From assembly GCA_963674695.2 (NCBI GenBank), contig CAXXGI010000001.1, forward strand, positions 576,001 to 640,000: a stretch of DNA of 64,000 nt. Reading direction: 5' to 3'. Within the stretch, counting starts at the first letter, position 1; each line of letters opens with the position of its first letter. Position numbers and translations under genes: made by a program. A model generated the notes under the pieces. It saw only the letters and a program-made list of their open reading frames with translations, made no database searches and was not told the DNA's origin. Source of the stretch: a bacterium. Its GTDB lineage: Bacteria; UBA10199; 2-02-FULL-44-16; JAAZCA01. Positions 1 to 11,362 of the stretch are shown here, piece by piece.

Positions 1-126
1 GATGAGATCATCGTCCCCTGGGGCGACACCGTCATCGAGCCGGGTGACCGCGTGCTGCTGCTCGCACGTCGTGAAGAGGTCCCCAACATCGAGAAGTTCA
101 TCACCGTCAAGATGGAGTATTTCTGA
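1..126 (+). CDS. trkA: Trk potassium uptake regulatory subunit, C-terminal fragment (gene starts before window)
   Basis: Frame 1 reads DEIIVPWGDTVIEPGDRVLLLARREEVPNIEKFITVKMEYF*, a typical TrkA-C/RCK_C end. Its stop overlaps the trkH ATG (TGATG). Confidence 0.85.
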   Translation, partial: DEIIVPWGDTVIEPGDRVLLLARREEVPNIEKFITVKMEYF

Positions 127-1598
127 TGCGTCTGGGTTTCGTCTTCGCCGTGCTGGCGCGGCTCAATCTCTTCATCGGGCTGGCGATGCTCGCCCCGCTC
201 GCGTTCGCCTGGGCCGACGACGGTCGCGACCTTGCGCCGATCGCCCTGGCGATGTTCATCACACTCATCATCGCAAGCCTCGCCGCCGTCCTCTTGAAGA
301 CGCCGCGCGAAGACCTCACCCATCGCGAAGGCATGATGATCGTCACCTTCGGATGGGCGACGGCCGGTTTTTTCGGCGCCCTCCCCTTCTTTTTCGCCGA
401 GATGCTCGGGCCGATGACACCGGCCAACTTCGTCAACTGCTACTTCGAATCGCTCTCGGGGTTCACCACCACCGGGGCCTCCGTGCTTGGCGCCACCGTC
501 CAGATCGAGAGCCTCGGTCAGGGGCTGCTCTTCTGGCGCAGCCTCACCCACTGGCTCGGCGGCATGGGGATCATCGTGCTGGCGGTCGCCATCCTGCCCC
601 TGCTGGGCGTTGGCGGCATGCAACTCTTTCATGCCGAAGCTCCCGGGCCGACCAAGGAGAAACTCTTTCCCCGCATCCGGGAGACAGCCGCAACCCTCTG
701 GCTCGTCTATGTCGTCCTCTCCGCCATCGAAACCGTTCTCCTCATGCTGGGGGGCATGTCGCTCTTTGAGGCGCTCTGCCAAACCTTCGGCACGATGGCG
801 ACCGGCGGTTTTTCCACACGCAACGCCTCCGTCGGCGCTTTCAATAGCGCCTACATCGACGGCATCATCATCCTCTTCATGTTCCTGGCGGGAGCAAATT
901 TCTCGCTGCACTATCTGGCGCTCACCGGGCGACTCAAGGCCTATTGGCGCAACAGCGAATTCCGCGCCTATGGCGCCATCACGCTGACAGCGATCGTCTT
1001 CCTGACCATCTGGCTCCTTTTCAGCGGCACCTACAGTACGTTCCTGAGCTCTTTGCGCTACGGCGCCTTCCAGACCGTCTCGATCATCACCACCACGGGA
1101 TTTGCCACCGCCGACTTCGAGCTCTGGCCGATCCTCACGCAGCTGGCCTTGCTCGTCTTCATGTTTATCGGCGGCTGTGCCGGCTCCACCGGCGGGTCGA
1201 TCAAGATCGTGCGGCTGATGCTCCTGTTCAAGTATGCCTATCGCGAACTCTTCCGCATGATCCACCCGAGGGCCTTCGCCGCGGTCAAGTTGGGCGGACG
1301 GGTGGTGGGCAAGGATATCCTCGAGAGCGTAGCCGGCTTTTTCATCATCTATATGGGAGTCTTCGTCATCGCCTCGCTCGTCATGGCGGCGATGGGGCTC
1401 GATCTCATCACCGCCATAAGCTCGGTGGCGGCGACGCTCGGAAATATCGGTCCTGGACTCGGAACGGTGGGCCCGGCGGACAACTACTATCACATCCCGA
1501 CAGCAGGAAAGTGCGTGCTCACCTTCTGCATGCTGCTCGGCCGCCTTGAACTCTTCACGGTGCTGTTGCTGTTGGTTCCGGAATACTGGAGAAAGTAG
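126..1598 (+). CDS. trkH: Trk system potassium transporter TrkH
   Basis: 490 aa polytopic membrane protein with pore-loop motifs FESLSGFTTTGAS, TMATGGFS, SIITTTGF, GGCAGSTGGSIK, TLGNIGPGLG, LLGRLE. Confidence 0.96.
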   Translation: MRLGFVFAVLARLNLFIGLAMLAPLAFAWADDGRDLAPIALAMFITLIIASLAAVLLKTPREDLTHREGMMIVTFGWATAGFFGALPFFFAEMLGPMTPANFVNCYFESLSGFTTTGASVLGATVQIESLGQGLLFWRSLTHWLGGMGIIVLAVAILPLLGVGGMQLFHAEAPGPTKEKLFPRIRETAATLWLVYVVLSAIETVLLMLGGMSLFEALCQTFGTMATGGFSTRNASVGAFNSAYIDGIIILFMFLAGANFSLHYLALTGRLKAYWRNSEFRAYGAITLTAIVFLTIWLLFSGTYSTFLSSLRYGAFQTVSIITTTGFATADFELWPILTQLALLVFMFIGGCAGSTGGSIKIVRLMLLFKYAYRELFRMIHPRAFAAVKLGGRVVGKDILESVAGFFIIYMGVFVIASLVMAAMGLDLITAISSVAATLGNIGPGLGTVGPADNYYHIPTAGKCVLTFCMLLGRLELFTVLLLLVPEYWRK

Positions 1599-1785
1599 CG
1601 GATCGCATATATCACACCGACCTGACCAATCCTGATTATGATATAGATATCGATAATGACATCGATTATTGATTCCTGAAGTATGATACCGGCTCACCTG
1701 AGCCGGCAGAGCATTCGACTGATCCGATCCGCTCGCTCCTTGTTCTCCATTTCACATCCGTTGAGAACGAAATCGCCGTTGGGAC

Positions 1786-2118
1786 CTACATTTTCTTCGT
1801 CCTTCCATACTGCCGAATGAACATGCCCGATTTGGCATTCGAACTCTGAGCGGTCATGCGATACTCGTCGTCGATCTGATACTGATCGGCGCAAGGGAGG
1901 CAGAGCCACTCCTTACCTTCGATCAAGCGATTGCGATGCCGATAGCGTTCGACATCGGGTGCGGTCTTCCCGCAGGCTTCACACATGATACGAATGTGAT
2001 CCTTGCGCATCGTGGCCGACTTCTTCATGTGTTGCTTCTTCACGTGGTCGCGCTCCAAATCCTTCTTGGAAACAAGCCCCGCATCGATAAGCGCCTTTTT
2101 GAGTTGTTCCATTCCCAT
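1786..2118 (-). CDS. Small basic hypothetical protein with putative Zn finger (CxxC...CxxC)
   Basis: MGMEQLKKALIDAGLV start after a GGGGAGG RBS; CEAC and CLPC pairs; lies 29 nt after the S66 peptidase stop. Confidence 0.65.
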   Translation of the reverse strand: MGMEQLKKALIDAGLVSKKDLERDHVKKQHMKKSATMRKDHIRIMCEACGKTAPDVERYRHRNRLIEGKEWLCLPCADQYQIDDEYRMTAQSSNAKSGMFIRQYGRTKKM

Positions 2119-2147
2119 AAAACCTCCCCCTTCGCCCTTCATCGCCT

Positions 2148-3080
2148 TTAACGTACCCCACTCTCCTCGATCACCAGCCTCGGGGGATACGACGAGAGTT
2201 TCGCCCGCACGCCAATCGGAATCGTAATATTCTCGACACCATGTCCGGAAGGAAGGCCGAACAGGACCGGATAGGCCGCATCCTTGAAGTGCCGACGCAA
2301 GAACCGCAAGAGCCTTCGGCGATCGCCTTCGATACAATTGGTCATCTCGGAGAAGACGACCCCCTGCACATGATCGAACTTACCGGCGATGCGCAGGTGG
2401 TTGAGATCGCCATCGAGCTGCAGGTGCCCCTCCCCCACCTCCTCGATGAAAAAGATGGCCCCCCGCGTATCGATTTCGAACGGCGTCCCCAGCGTACGCA
2501 ACATGCGCGTGAGATTCCCCCCGATGATCCGCCCGCGCCCCTCGCCCACGTTGATGACCTCCAGATCCTTCCCGTAGATATCCCCCAACCGCGTGCGTTT
2601 GGTGACCGCCTCCTGCAGGGCGATCTCAGTCGCGGGCGGCATGCCCTTGTAAATCTCACCGGCGACGGTCGGCCCGTGGAAGGTGACCCAGCCGTATCGC
2701 ATGTGAAAGTAGAGGAGCAAAATGGTGATGTCGGAAAATCCGACGAAGATCTTGGGATAGGCCGAGAGATCGACCCGATCCAGATAGGGGATCAGGGCGA
2801 TGGAACCATACCCCGCCTCGGCGCAGAAGATCGCCGCGATCGACGGATTCCGAAAGAGCCGAATGATCTCGGCCGCCTTCTCCTCATAACGCTTCATCCG
2901 TTCGTTATCGGAGGGTGATCGTGAATGCGTCAGCACGCGCCGAGGCACGACCGGGTCAAACCCCCACCAGCGCAGTTTGTCGATGCCACGGCGCAACCCC
3001 TTCCGTTCAAAGGAAGAGGCCGGTGCCGCAATGCCGATGCGATCGCCGGGAACGAGGCCAAAGGGTTTGATGGGGCGCAT
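2148..3080 (-). CDS. LD-carboxypeptidase (peptidase S66 family)
   Basis: GDRIGIAAPASS, FVGFSDIT (Ser), TFHGP, GGNL, FIEEVGE (Glu), GLPSGHG (His). Start set at MRPIKP; the longer ORF overlaps another gene. Confidence 0.92.
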   Translation of the reverse strand: MRPIKPFGLVPGDRIGIAAPASSFERKGLRRGIDKLRWWGFDPVVPRRVLTHSRSPSDNERMKRYEEKAAEIIRLFRNPSIAAIFCAEAGYGSIALIPYLDRVDLSAYPKIFVGFSDITILLLYFHMRYGWVTFHGPTVAGEIYKGMPPATEIALQEAVTKRTRLGDIYGKDLEVINVGEGRGRIIGGNLTRMLRTLGTPFEIDTRGAIFFIEEVGEGHLQLDGDLNHLRIAGKFDHVQGVVFSEMTNCIEGDRRRLLRFLRRHFKDAAYPVLFGLPSGHGVENITIPIGVRAKLSSYPPRLVIEESGVR

Positions 3081-3181
3081 GATTCTGAACCTATCGAATT
3101 TGTTTGTGTTTTTTGAGTATAGCGCGTTGGGCACCATCGCGCAAGCGATGCGCCCTCCGCCAGGGAGAAAAGAGGCTGGGG

Positions 3182-3559
3182 TCAGTACGGCCTCCGGTAC
3201 ATCATGGATGCCCACAGGTACGACCCGGCACCATGAGGATGGTGGACATAGGCCGTCGCCCAGAGCATGGGATTCATATAATACCGACGCGGCGCCGGAA
3301 CGACGTGGCCGACGGGAAGCGGCGTGTTGTGCAAGGCATTGAGCAGCTGACGGTGATCCGGATCCATCGCCCCCATCCCTCCGCCGCGGTAGGTCGTGCC
3401 GATCGTCCCCGGCGCGTTCACCATGCAGCCGCGCAGATCGCTCAGGCGTTCCACCTGACTCGGACAGGGACCGCCAGCGAAGGCCGTGGCGGATCCCGCA
3501 AGGATCAGCGCGACCAGCACGAGCATCATCGCAAACTGAATGTGTCGATCGACGTTCAT
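3182..3559 (-). CDS. Hypothetical secreted protein
   Basis: GAGGAG RBS; hydrophobic signal peptide ending ATAFA; sigma28-like promoter upstream. Confidence 0.6.
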   Translation of the reverse strand: MNVDRHIQFAMMLVLVALILAGSATAFAGGPCPSQVERLSDLRGCMVNAPGTIGTTYRGGGMGAMDPDHRQLLNALHNTPLPVGHVVPAPRRYYMNPMLWATAYVHHPHGAGSYLWASMMYRRPY

Positions 3560-3577
3560 AGAGGCTCCTCACTATCA

Positions 3578-3604
3578 CTATCGGTCGAAGAAAGGAAAAG
3601 TTGC
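3578..3604 (-). promoter_or_regulatory. Sigma28 (FliA)-like promoter
   Basis: Minus strand GCAACTTT-N11-ACCGATAG, compared with the FliA consensus TAAAGTTT-N11-GCCGATAA. Confidence 0.6.
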
Positions 3605-3664
3605 GTCGATTCTTCTCGCTCCCCGCCCCCGGAATCGTGATTGACCAAGCGGGAGGGGAACACT

Positions 3665-5122
3665 ATGCTGTCGCCCATGAACCATCGAAATACGCTGATC
3701 ATAACTCTCCATCTCATTGGAATTATTTGCCTTTTCCTCTTCACCCCTTCGGCTGACGCCTACGATCGAGATATCTCCCGCATCACCCTGAGCGACAGCA
3801 TCATCAATCCGGTCACGGCCGAATATATCGAAACAGCGATAGACCGTGCCACGAAGGAGCAGGTCGGGGCGCTGATCATCGAGCTGGACACGCCGGGGGG
3901 GCTCATCTCCTCCACACGGCGGATCGTACGCGCCATCATGAACGCCGAGATTCCGATCATCGTCTATGTCACCCCCAAAGGGGCGCGCGCGGGCTCAGCC
4001 GGCGTCTTCATCACGCTCGCCGCGAACGTCGCGGCGATGGCCCCCTCGACGAATATCGGGGCGGCCCATCCGGTGCAGATGCAACAGAAACAGGGGTTTG
4101 GCGAAACGCTGGAACGACTCGTCCGCCGCCTGACGCCGAAGAAAAAAGATTCCGTCGAAGAAAAAAACGACCGCACGACGACGGATGCCACACCACCGAT
4201 GGAAGAGAAGATCGTGAACGACACCCGGGCCTGGGTGAGTGCAATCGCGCGGGAACGCGGTCGCAACATCGCATGGGCCGAGCGGGCCGTCACCGAGAGC
4301 GTCTCGATCACCGATGAGGAGGCCCTGCGCGACGGCATTATCGACATCATCGCGACGGACTTCGATGATCTCCTCGCCCAGCTCGACGGACGAACCGTCA
4401 CCCTCCCCAGCGGCGAGGTGACACTCGCGACCAAGAACGCCCGCATCATCAGCATCCCCATGGACACCCGCCTACGCTGGCTGGCGATACTGGCCCATCC
4501 GAACATCGCCTACATCCTGCTCATGCTCGGGTTCTATGGGCTGCTCTTCGAATTCACGCATCCGGGCATCGGCTTTCCCGGCATCGCGGGTGCGATCTGC
4601 CTGGTGCTGGCCTTCTTCGGCCTGCAGGTCCTTCCCACGAACATTGCCGGCCTCATCCTCATCCTGCTGGCGATCGCGATGTTCTTCGCCGAGATCAAGA
4701 TAACGAGCTACGGCCTTCTCACGCTCGGCGGCATCGTCACCCTCTTCCTGGGATCGCTCATCCTCTTCACCTCGTCCCATGATTTTTTGCGCGTCTCGCT
4801 GCCGATCGTCATCGCCTTTTCGCTGGCCACCGCCCTCATCGCTCTCTTTCTCGGAACGATCGTCGCGCGCCTGGCCAAGCGCCGCGCCACCACCGGCAGC
4901 GAAGGCATGGTGGGTGCTGCGGGTCAGGTTCTTCATTGGCAGAAGGACAGCGGCACCGTCTTCGTGCACGGGGAGATCTGGAACGCCCGATCTGATGCCG
5001 CCCTGGAAAAGGACGATCGCATCAGCGTCATCGCGATAGAGGGCATGACCCTCGTCGTTGCAAAAACGACCATAGGCCATAGTCACCTTTCAAAGGAGGT
5101 TTCATGTCCACGCCGCTCATGA
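3665..5122 (+). CDS. nfeD: NfeD family membrane-bound serine protease (long form)
   Basis: [27 protein letters not shown], multi-TM middle, C-terminal OB fold ([12 protein letters not shown]); adjacent to a stomatin gene. Confidence 0.93.
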   Translation: MLSPMNHRNTLIITLHLIGIICLFLFTPSADAYDRDISRITLSDSIINPVTAEYIETAIDRATKEQVGALIIELDTPGGLISSTRRIVRAIMNAEIPIIVYVTPKGARAGSAGVFITLAANVAAMAPSTNIGAAHPVQMQQKQGFGETLERLVRRLTPKKKDSVEEKNDRTTTDATPPMEEKIVNDTRAWVSAIARERGRNIAWAERAVTESVSITDEEALRDGIIDIIATDFDDLLAQLDGRTVTLPSGEVTLATKNARIISIPMDTRLRWLAILAHPNIAYILLMLGFYGLLFEFTHPGIGFPGIAGAICLVLAFFGLQVLPTNIAGLILILLAIAMFFAEIKITSYGLLTLGGIVTLFLGSLILFTSSHDFLRVSLPIVIAFSLATALIALFLGTIVARLAKRRATTGSEGMVGAAGQVLHWQKDSGTVFVHGEIWNARSDAALEKDDRISVIAIEGMTLVVAKTTIGHSHLSKEVSCPRRS

Positions 5123-5868
5123 TCTTCATCGCCTTCATCGTCCTGTATTTCCTCAGCTGCATCAAGGTCCTCAAGGAGTATGAGCGTGCCGTCATCTTCC
5201 GTCTCGGGCGACTGCTCCCCCAGACCAAGGGGCCGGGCATCTTCTTCGTCTTCAAGCCGGTCGACAAGATGGTCCGCGTCTCCCTGCGCACGGTCACGCT
5301 CGACGTTCCGCCGCAGGATATCATCACGAAGGATAACGTCTCGGTGCAGGTCAACGCGGTGGTCTACTTTCGCGTGATGGATCCGAACAAAGCGATCACC
5401 GAGGTGGAAAACTTTGGCTTCGCCACCAGTCAGATGTCGCAGACAACACTCAGAAGCATTATCGGCGAGCGCGAGCTCGACGACCTGCTCTCCCAGCGCG
5501 AGGAGATCAACGAGAAGATCCAGATCATCCTCGACAAGCAGACCGACCCGTGGGGCATCAAGGTCTCCAACGTCGAGATCAAGCACGTCGATCTGACCGA
5601 GGAACTCAAGAGGGCCATGGCGCGCCAGGCTGAGGCCGAACGCGAACGCCGCGCCAAGGTGATCAGCTCTGAGGGCGAGTATCAGGCCGCCGAAAAGCTC
5701 GTGGCCGCTGCAGAGAAGATCGAGAAACACCCCATCAGCCTGCAACTGCGCTATCTGCAGACCCTCGTCGACATCACCAATCAGTCGGGTGCCAAGACGA
5801 TCATCCCGCTGCCGCTGGATGTGATCAGACCATTGCAAGCGATGATGGAGAACATCAAATCAAGCTGA
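5104..5868 (+). CDS. SPFH/Band 7 (stomatin-like) protein
   Basis: [61 protein letters not shown]. Confidence 0.95.
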   Translation: MSTPLMIFIAFIVLYFLSCIKVLKEYERAVIFRLGRLLPQTKGPGIFFVFKPVDKMVRVSLRTVTLDVPPQDIITKDNVSVQVNAVVYFRVMDPNKAITEVENFGFATSQMSQTTLRSIIGERELDDLLSQREEINEKIQIILDKQTDPWGIKVSNVEIKHVDLTEELKRAMARQAEAERERRAKVISSEGEYQAAEKLVAAAEKIEKHPISLQLRYLQTLVDITNQSGAKTIIPLPLDVIRPLQAMMENIKSS

Positions 5869-6902
5869 TGACTGCACCGACCGCCAAAACCGAACCGTCG
5901 TGGGCGCAGCTGACCGACGAGGAGTTGCTCGCATGGCGCATCCGCGACCTGGGGCTGACCATCGTGGGGACGGAACTTGAGACGCGCATCGAGCAGCTCT
6001 GGCAAGAACTCGGCGCGCGCGGCATTACTTTTCTTCCCCAATGCTATCTCGCCGACGAATGGTTCTGCCCGAACGAGGTTCCGACCATCGCCATCCCCTT
6101 TTATCTCGCGCACCCACGGCTCAAACAACTCGAATCGCACATCATTCTCGAAGTAGAAGGCGGCACCAAACAGGACTGCATGCGACTGCTGCGACACGAA
6201 TGCGGACACGCGCTGGGCTATGCCTATCGCCTCTGGCGACGCAAACGATGGCGGGAACACTTCGGCGATTTCCGCGACGACTATCCCGAAAGCTATCGCC
6301 CCAAACCGCACAGCCGTCGCTTCGTGCGACATCTGGAAAAATGGTATGCGCAGTATCATCCCGATGAAGACTTCGCCGAAACCTTCGCCGTCTGGCTCAA
6401 CCCAAGTTCCAATTGGCACGAACGGTATCGTGGCTGGCCTGCGCTCAAGAAACTGGAATACGTCGATGAACTCATGCGGTCGATCGCGGGACAACCAGCA
6501 CCTGTGACCGGTGGACGACGCATCTGCGAGGCATCTCGGCTCACACAAAAACTCTCCACCTATTACGCACGCAAACGCCGTGAATATGCCGAGGACATGC
6601 CCGACTTCTTCGACCGCGACTTGAATCGCATCTTTCTCGAAGCCGTTCCGGGGCAAAAACACACCTCGGCCAGTGCCTTCCTGCGTCGCCAACGAAGATC
6701 CATCGTCGCGAACGTCTCCCGATGGACAGGGGAGCGCAAGTTCACCGTAGCCCGCTTCCTGCAGAAACTCATCGCACGATGCCACGAACGAAAACTCGTA
6801 TTGCCCGATGAAACCGACGAGGCGATCGCCCAGACGATCGCGTTTCTCACAGCAACCGTGATGAACTATCGGTTTCAGGATAAGATCAGACGGCATCCGT
6901 AG
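5868..6902 (+). CDS. Putative zinc-binding metallopeptidase (Peptidase_Mx-like)
   Basis: LLRHECGHA (HExxH), YAQYHPDEDFAETFAVWL, AIPFYLAHPRL. Confidence 0.8.
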   Translation: MTAPTAKTEPSWAQLTDEELLAWRIRDLGLTIVGTELETRIEQLWQELGARGITFLPQCYLADEWFCPNEVPTIAIPFYLAHPRLKQLESHIILEVEGGTKQDCMRLLRHECGHALGYAYRLWRRKRWREHFGDFRDDYPESYRPKPHSRRFVRHLEKWYAQYHPDEDFAETFAVWLNPSSNWHERYRGWPALKKLEYVDELMRSIAGQPAPVTGGRRICEASRLTQKLSTYYARKRREYAEDMPDFFDRDLNRIFLEAVPGQKHTSASAFLRRQRRSIVANVSRWTGERKFTVARFLQKLIARCHERKLVLPDETDEAIAQTIAFLTATVMNYRFQDKIRRHP

Positions 6903-6971
6903 AGCCGTGACACGTGACTCGAAAAATCGATACGACTGTCGCCGCAACTGCTCGATGAAAAACCTTGGCGT

Positions 6972-7042
6972 TGTCATCCCCGTGAAAACGGGGATCTCGA
7001 CGTGGCTTCAAAATCGAGATTCCCGCGTTCGCGGGAATGACA
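6972..7042. repeat. REP-like palindromic doublet, copy 1
   Basis: TGTCATCCCCGTGAAAACGGGGATCTCGA...TCGAGATTCCCGCGTTCGCGGGAATGACA; related copies at 16362, 30431, 34563, 56222, 59943. Confidence 0.85.
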
Positions 7043-7099
7043 GGCTTTGGTTCACAGGGATAATGACAACAGATAGATGACATCAATTCAGGAGTCTCG

Positions 7100-8125
7100 A
7101 TGAAACAGAAGCTCAAGGTGCTGGTCCTATTCGACACGGCGGGAAGACCGCCCGAGGATCAGGATTTTCGTGAGGACTTAAAGACCGAGGACTGGAAGAC
7201 CGAACGTCACGTCATCCGCGCATTGCGCCGTCTCGGACACGACGTCAATACCGTCGGCATCTACGACGACATCTCGCCCCTGTCCACGGCAGTCCGCGAC
7301 ACAAAGCCCGACATCGTCTTCAACCTCGTCGAACACTTCGGCGGAGATCGCTCCAAAGACCGCAACGTGGCGGGCCTCTTGGAACTCCTCGGCGTCCCGT
7401 ATACCGGCAGTGGCCCGGCGGGAATGCTGCTCTGTCGCGACAAGGGGATTTCGAAGACGATCCTCTCCGCCCACCGCGTGCGCACCCCGCGATTCGTCGT
7501 CTTCCGTCGCGGCCAGAAGATCCGTCGTCCAAAGGCACTCAGTTTTCCCCTCTTCGTCAAACCGGTGCGCGAAGACGCATCCACCGGCATCTCGCAGGCC
7601 TCGTTCGTAGAGGATGAGACCATGCTCGCCTCGCGTGTGCAGTTCATCCATGAACAGGTCGGCGACGACGCACTCGCCGAAACCTATATCGACGGCCGCG
7701 AACTCTACGTCAGCATCCTGGGAAACGATCGACTGAAGGTCTTTCCCGTGCGCGAGATGACGTTTTCAAAGGTCCCCGAGGATGAGCCGAAGATCGCCAC
7801 CTATACCGCCAAGTGGAACGCCGACTATCGGAAGCGCTGGGGGATCACCACCCGCTTCATTCCGAACCTCCCCGATGAGACCTGGCGTCGGATGAAGCAT
7901 ATCTGCAAACGCACCTATCGCTTGATGCGCATCCGGGGCTGGGGCCGCATCGACCTGCGGCTGACCTCCGCTGGCGAAATCGTCATCCTCGAGGCCAACC
8001 CGAATCCATTCCTGGCCGCCGACGAGGACTTCGCCGACTCCGCCAAGAAGGCGGGACTCTCCTACGAACAACTGATCGAACGCATCCTCGCGCTGGGACT
8101 GAAAGCCCATTCGCAGGGGAATTGA
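7100..8125 (+). CDS. D-Ala-D-Ala ligase-like ATP-grasp enzyme (non-canonical)
   Basis: [59 protein letters not shown]. Lacks the N-terminal GGxSxEH motif of true Ddl. Confidence 0.85.
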   Translation: MKQKLKVLVLFDTAGRPPEDQDFREDLKTEDWKTERHVIRALRRLGHDVNTVGIYDDISPLSTAVRDTKPDIVFNLVEHFGGDRSKDRNVAGLLELLGVPYTGSGPAGMLLCRDKGISKTILSAHRVRTPRFVVFRRGQKIRRPKALSFPLFVKPVREDASTGISQASFVEDETMLASRVQFIHEQVGDDALAETYIDGRELYVSILGNDRLKVFPVREMTFSKVPEDEPKIATYTAKWNADYRKRWGITTRFIPNLPDETWRRMKHICKRTYRLMRIRGWGRIDLRLTSAGEIVILEANPNPFLAADEDFADSAKKAGLSYEQLIERILALGLKAHSQGN

Positions 8126-8180
8126 CATCGACACCACATCGCGGCAAGTATGCGTCTCACTTTCTTCAGGAGGTAACGCC

Positions 8181-8927
8181 ATGTACACGCTCGTCCTGCT
8201 CCGCCACGGCGAGAGCATCTGGAACAAGGAAAACCGCTTTACCGGCTGGACCGACGTCGACCTCTCGGAAAAGGGCGTCGGGGAGGCCCACGAGGCAGGC
8301 AGAACGCTCAAGCGCGAAGGGTTCGACTTCGACGTCGCCTTTACCTCGGTGCTCAAGCGCGCAATCCGCACGCTCTGGATTACGATGAGCGAGATGGATC
8401 GGATGTGGATACCGGTGACGCGCTCATGGCGCTTGAACGAACGCCACTACGGCGCACTGCAGGGGCTCAATAAGGCCGAGACCGCTGCCAAATACGGCGA
8501 CGACCAGGTGCTGATCTGGCGACGCAGCTACGACACGCCGCCGCCGGCACTCGAGATCACCGACGAGCGCTATCCGGGAAACGATCCGCGCTATGCGGCG
8601 CTCACGAAAGAAGAGCTACCGCTGACCGAGTGCCTCAAGGACACGGTCGAGCGCTTCCTCCCCTACTGGCATGAGACGATCGCACCGGTGGTCACCAGCG
8701 GCAAGCGCGTCATCATCGCGGCCCATGGAAACTCATTGCGCGCGCTGGTGAAATATCTCGACGACGTCTCCGACGAAAAAATTGTAAGCCTCAACATCCC
8801 GACCGGCATGCCGCTCGTCTATGAACTCGACGAAAACTTGAAGCCGATCAAAAACTACTACCTGGGCGATCCGGAGGCGGTCAAAAAAGCGATGGAGGCC
8901 GTGGCCAACCAGGGGAAGGCGAAGTAA
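8181..8927 (+). CDS. gpmA: 2,3-bisphosphoglycerate-dependent phosphoglycerate mutase
   Basis: [46 protein letters not shown]. Confidence 0.98.
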   Translation: MYTLVLLRHGESIWNKENRFTGWTDVDLSEKGVGEAHEAGRTLKREGFDFDVAFTSVLKRAIRTLWITMSEMDRMWIPVTRSWRLNERHYGALQGLNKAETAAKYGDDQVLIWRRSYDTPPPALEITDERYPGNDPRYAALTKEELPLTECLKDTVERFLPYWHETIAPVVTSGKRVIIAAHGNSLRALVKYLDDVSDEKIVSLNIPTGMPLVYELDENLKPIKNYYLGDPEAVKKAMEAVANQGKAK

Positions 8928-8992
8928 ACCAATCTCGTGGGGTCGTGGTCTCGTAAGATCGTGGTCTCGCAAACAGAAAAGAAGCGAAGCCC

Positions 8993-9646
8993 ATGCGCAC
9001 CCACGCCATCATCTTTGATCTCGACGGAACGCTGCTCGATACGATCGACGATCTGACCGCGTCGATGAACGCCGCGCTCGCTTCCCTCGGGTTTCCGACG
9101 CACGACCGGGAGGCCTACAAGATCTTCGTCGGCGATGGGGTGCGCGAACTCGTTGCCCGCGCATTTCCCGAAGCGCATCGCGATGATGCGACGGTCGCGC
9201 GCGGCATGAAGCGGATGCGTGAGGAATACAGAAAACGGTGGGCCGATGCCACCAAACCCTACGATGGCATCCTCGAAATGCTCGACGCACTCGCGGCCCG
9301 AAACATTCCGACCGCAATCCTTTCAAACAAACCCGAGGACTTTACGCGCACCTGCGTCGACCACTTTCTCGACCGCTGTCCGTTTGCCATCGTGCGCGGC
9401 GCACGCGACGGCACGCCCAAAAAACCGGATCCGGCCGCCGCGATCGCCATCGCGCAAACATTGGGTTTTGATCCGAAGGAGATCCTCTTCGTCGGAGACA
9501 CCTGCACGGACATGCGCACGGCGGTCGCTGCCGGCATGATTCCTGTCGGCGTCCTCTGGGGATTTCGCGGGGAAGCGGAACTGCGCGACACCGGCGCCCA
9601 GCATCTCATCGCCCATCCGTCGGAACTCGTGACCCTGCTCACCTAA
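8993..9646 (+). CDS. HAD-family hydrolase (phosphoglycolate phosphatase-like)
   Basis: [34 protein letters not shown]. Confidence 0.9.
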   Translation: MRTHAIIFDLDGTLLDTIDDLTASMNAALASLGFPTHDREAYKIFVGDGVRELVARAFPEAHRDDATVARGMKRMREEYRKRWADATKPYDGILEMLDALAARNIPTAILSNKPEDFTRTCVDHFLDRCPFAIVRGARDGTPKKPDPAAAIAIAQTLGFDPKEILFVGDTCTDMRTAVAAGMIPVGVLWGFRGEAELRDTGAQHLIAHPSELVTLLT

Positions 9647-10695
9647 GCCACCGTGATCGCTTGATCCAGATAGACATCCTGAATGGCGCCCAGAAGCTCG
9701 ATGCCGTCGGCCATCGGCTTCTGGAAGGCCTTGCGCCCGGAGATGAGTCCCATACCGCCCGCGCGCTTATTGATCACTGCGGTTTTGACCGCCTGTTGCA
9801 GATCGTCCTTGCCCGACGGGCCGCCGGAGTTGATGAGCCCCATCCGCCCCATGTAGCAGTTGGCGATCTGGTAGCGCGTCAGGTCGATCGGATGATCGGT
9901 GGTGAGCTTGTCGTAGACGATCGGACTCGTCTTTCCAAAGTGAATCGCGTTGTAGCCACCGTTGTTCGTCGGCAGCTTCTGCTTGATGATGTCGGCCTCG
10001 ATCGTCACGCCCAGGTGATTTGCCTGTCCGGTGAGGTCGGCGCTGGCGTGATAGTCCACGCCATCCTTCTTGAAGCCGTCGTTGCGCAGATAGCACCAGA
10101 GGATCGTGGCCAGCCCCATCTCGTGCGCATACTGAAACGCCTCAGAGATCTCTTCGATCTGTCGACGCGACTCTTCCGATCCGAAATAGATCGTCGCCCC
10201 GATGGCCACCGCCCCCAGGTCGAAGGCCTGATCGACCGAGGCGAAGAGGCGCTGATCGAAGGTATTCGGATAGGAGAGCATCTCGTTGTGATTGATCTTC
10301 AGGATGAAGGGAATTTTGTGCGCGTATTTTCGCGCGACGGAACCGAGCACGCCGAGCGTGGAGGCCACGCCGTTGCACCCGCCCTCGATGGCGAGCTTCA
10401 CGATATTTTCCGGATCGAAGTAGAGCGGATTGGGCGCAAAGCTCGCCCCCGCCGAATGCTCGATGCCCTGGTCGACCGGAAGGATGGAGACGTATCCCGT
10501 GTTCGCCAGCCGCCCATTCCCGAACAATCGCCCCAAGTTTCCGAGCACGCGCGTGGAACGATCGGAGATCGTAAAGATGCGATCGATGAAATCCGGCCCG
10601 GGCAGATGCAGCATCTCTTTGGAGATGGTCGTGCAGCGATGTTCGAGCAGCGCCTTGCCCTCATCGCCCAAGATATCCAGAACGGTCTTTGCCAT
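9643..10695 (-). CDS. fbaB: Class I fructose-bisphosphate aldolase (DhnA/FbaB type)
   Basis: [47 protein letters not shown]. Start MAKTVLD follows an AAGGAGG RBS. Confidence 0.96.
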   Translation of the reverse strand: MAKTVLDILGDEGKALLEHRCTTISKEMLHLPGPDFIDRIFTISDRSTRVLGNLGRLFGNGRLANTGYVSILPVDQGIEHSAGASFAPNPLYFDPENIVKLAIEGGCNGVASTLGVLGSVARKYAHKIPFILKINHNEMLSYPNTFDQRLFASVDQAFDLGAVAIGATIYFGSEESRRQIEEISEAFQYAHEMGLATILWCYLRNDGFKKDGVDYHASADLTGQANHLGVTIEADIIKQKLPTNNGGYNAIHFGKTSPIVYDKLTTDHPIDLTRYQIANCYMGRMGLINSGGPSGKDDLQQAVKTAVINKRAGGMGLISGRKAFQKPMADGIELLGAIQDVYLDQAITVA

Positions 10696-10820
10696 GTCGT
10701 CCTCCTTTTTTCGGATGATGGAAAGCGAGTATAGCGATATGGGGCCACATTCCAATGTCTTTATGGAATAAAAAAGCGAGCCCCGTTCGGGCCCGCTTGT
10801 TTCTTCGGCACATCGTCGCG

Positions 10821-11339
10821 CTATTGCGCCGGCTTTCCCATCGCCAACCCGACACAGACGCCGCCCACGCACTTGAACTGCGCAAACTCCTGAAAGCGGC
10901 AGGGCGTCTCGGGACACATGGGTCCGAACCAATCATCCGGTCCGCACTTGTCGTTGGCCGCCTTGCGCTTCTGCGCCTCGGCCTTGTTGACCACATACGG
11001 CGTGCACGACGCCTGGCAGGTGCAATCGTTTTCCGTCTTCGGCGCGTTTTCAAACTTGGTGAAGGTGCAATCCTCTTCGGTCTTGCAGGGATAGGTGGAG
11101 GAGATCTCGTCGAACTGCTCGTGTCCCTCGACCTTTTCGCCGATGACCTGGCCCTCTTCATAAGTCGTTCCGGCAGAAGCGGCAGCCGGTGCAGGGGCCG
11201 CAGCCCCTGCCCCATCCGCCGGCGGCATCGCCTCTTTCTGATCCTCCACCGGGATAGCCTCTTGTCGGTTACATCCAACAACCGCACCGACAACGATGAG
11301 CATCCCCAACACGGCCATCATGATTCCAAAACGTCGCAT
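10821..11339 (-). CDS. Cys-rich lipoprotein, paralogue 1
   Basis: Lipobox VVGC; Ala/Pro linker; C-terminal domain with 10 Cys shared with 11363..11926. Confidence 0.75.
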   Translation of the reverse strand: MRRFGIMMAVLGMLIVVGAVVGCNRQEAIPVEDQKEAMPPADGAGAAAPAPAAASAGTTYEEGQVIGEKVEGHEQFDEISSTYPCKTEEDCTFTKFENAPKTENDCTCQASCTPYVVNKAEAQKRKAANDKCGPDDWFGPMCPETPCRFQEFAQFKCVGGVCVGLAMGKPAQ

Positions 11340-11362
11340 ACCTTACGCTCCTTTCCGGTCGA

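Noticed and set aside
1600-1785. AT-rich patch with short ATCGAT palindromes after trkH
   Set aside because: Too short and irregular to support an element or ncRNA; it lies between convergent genes.
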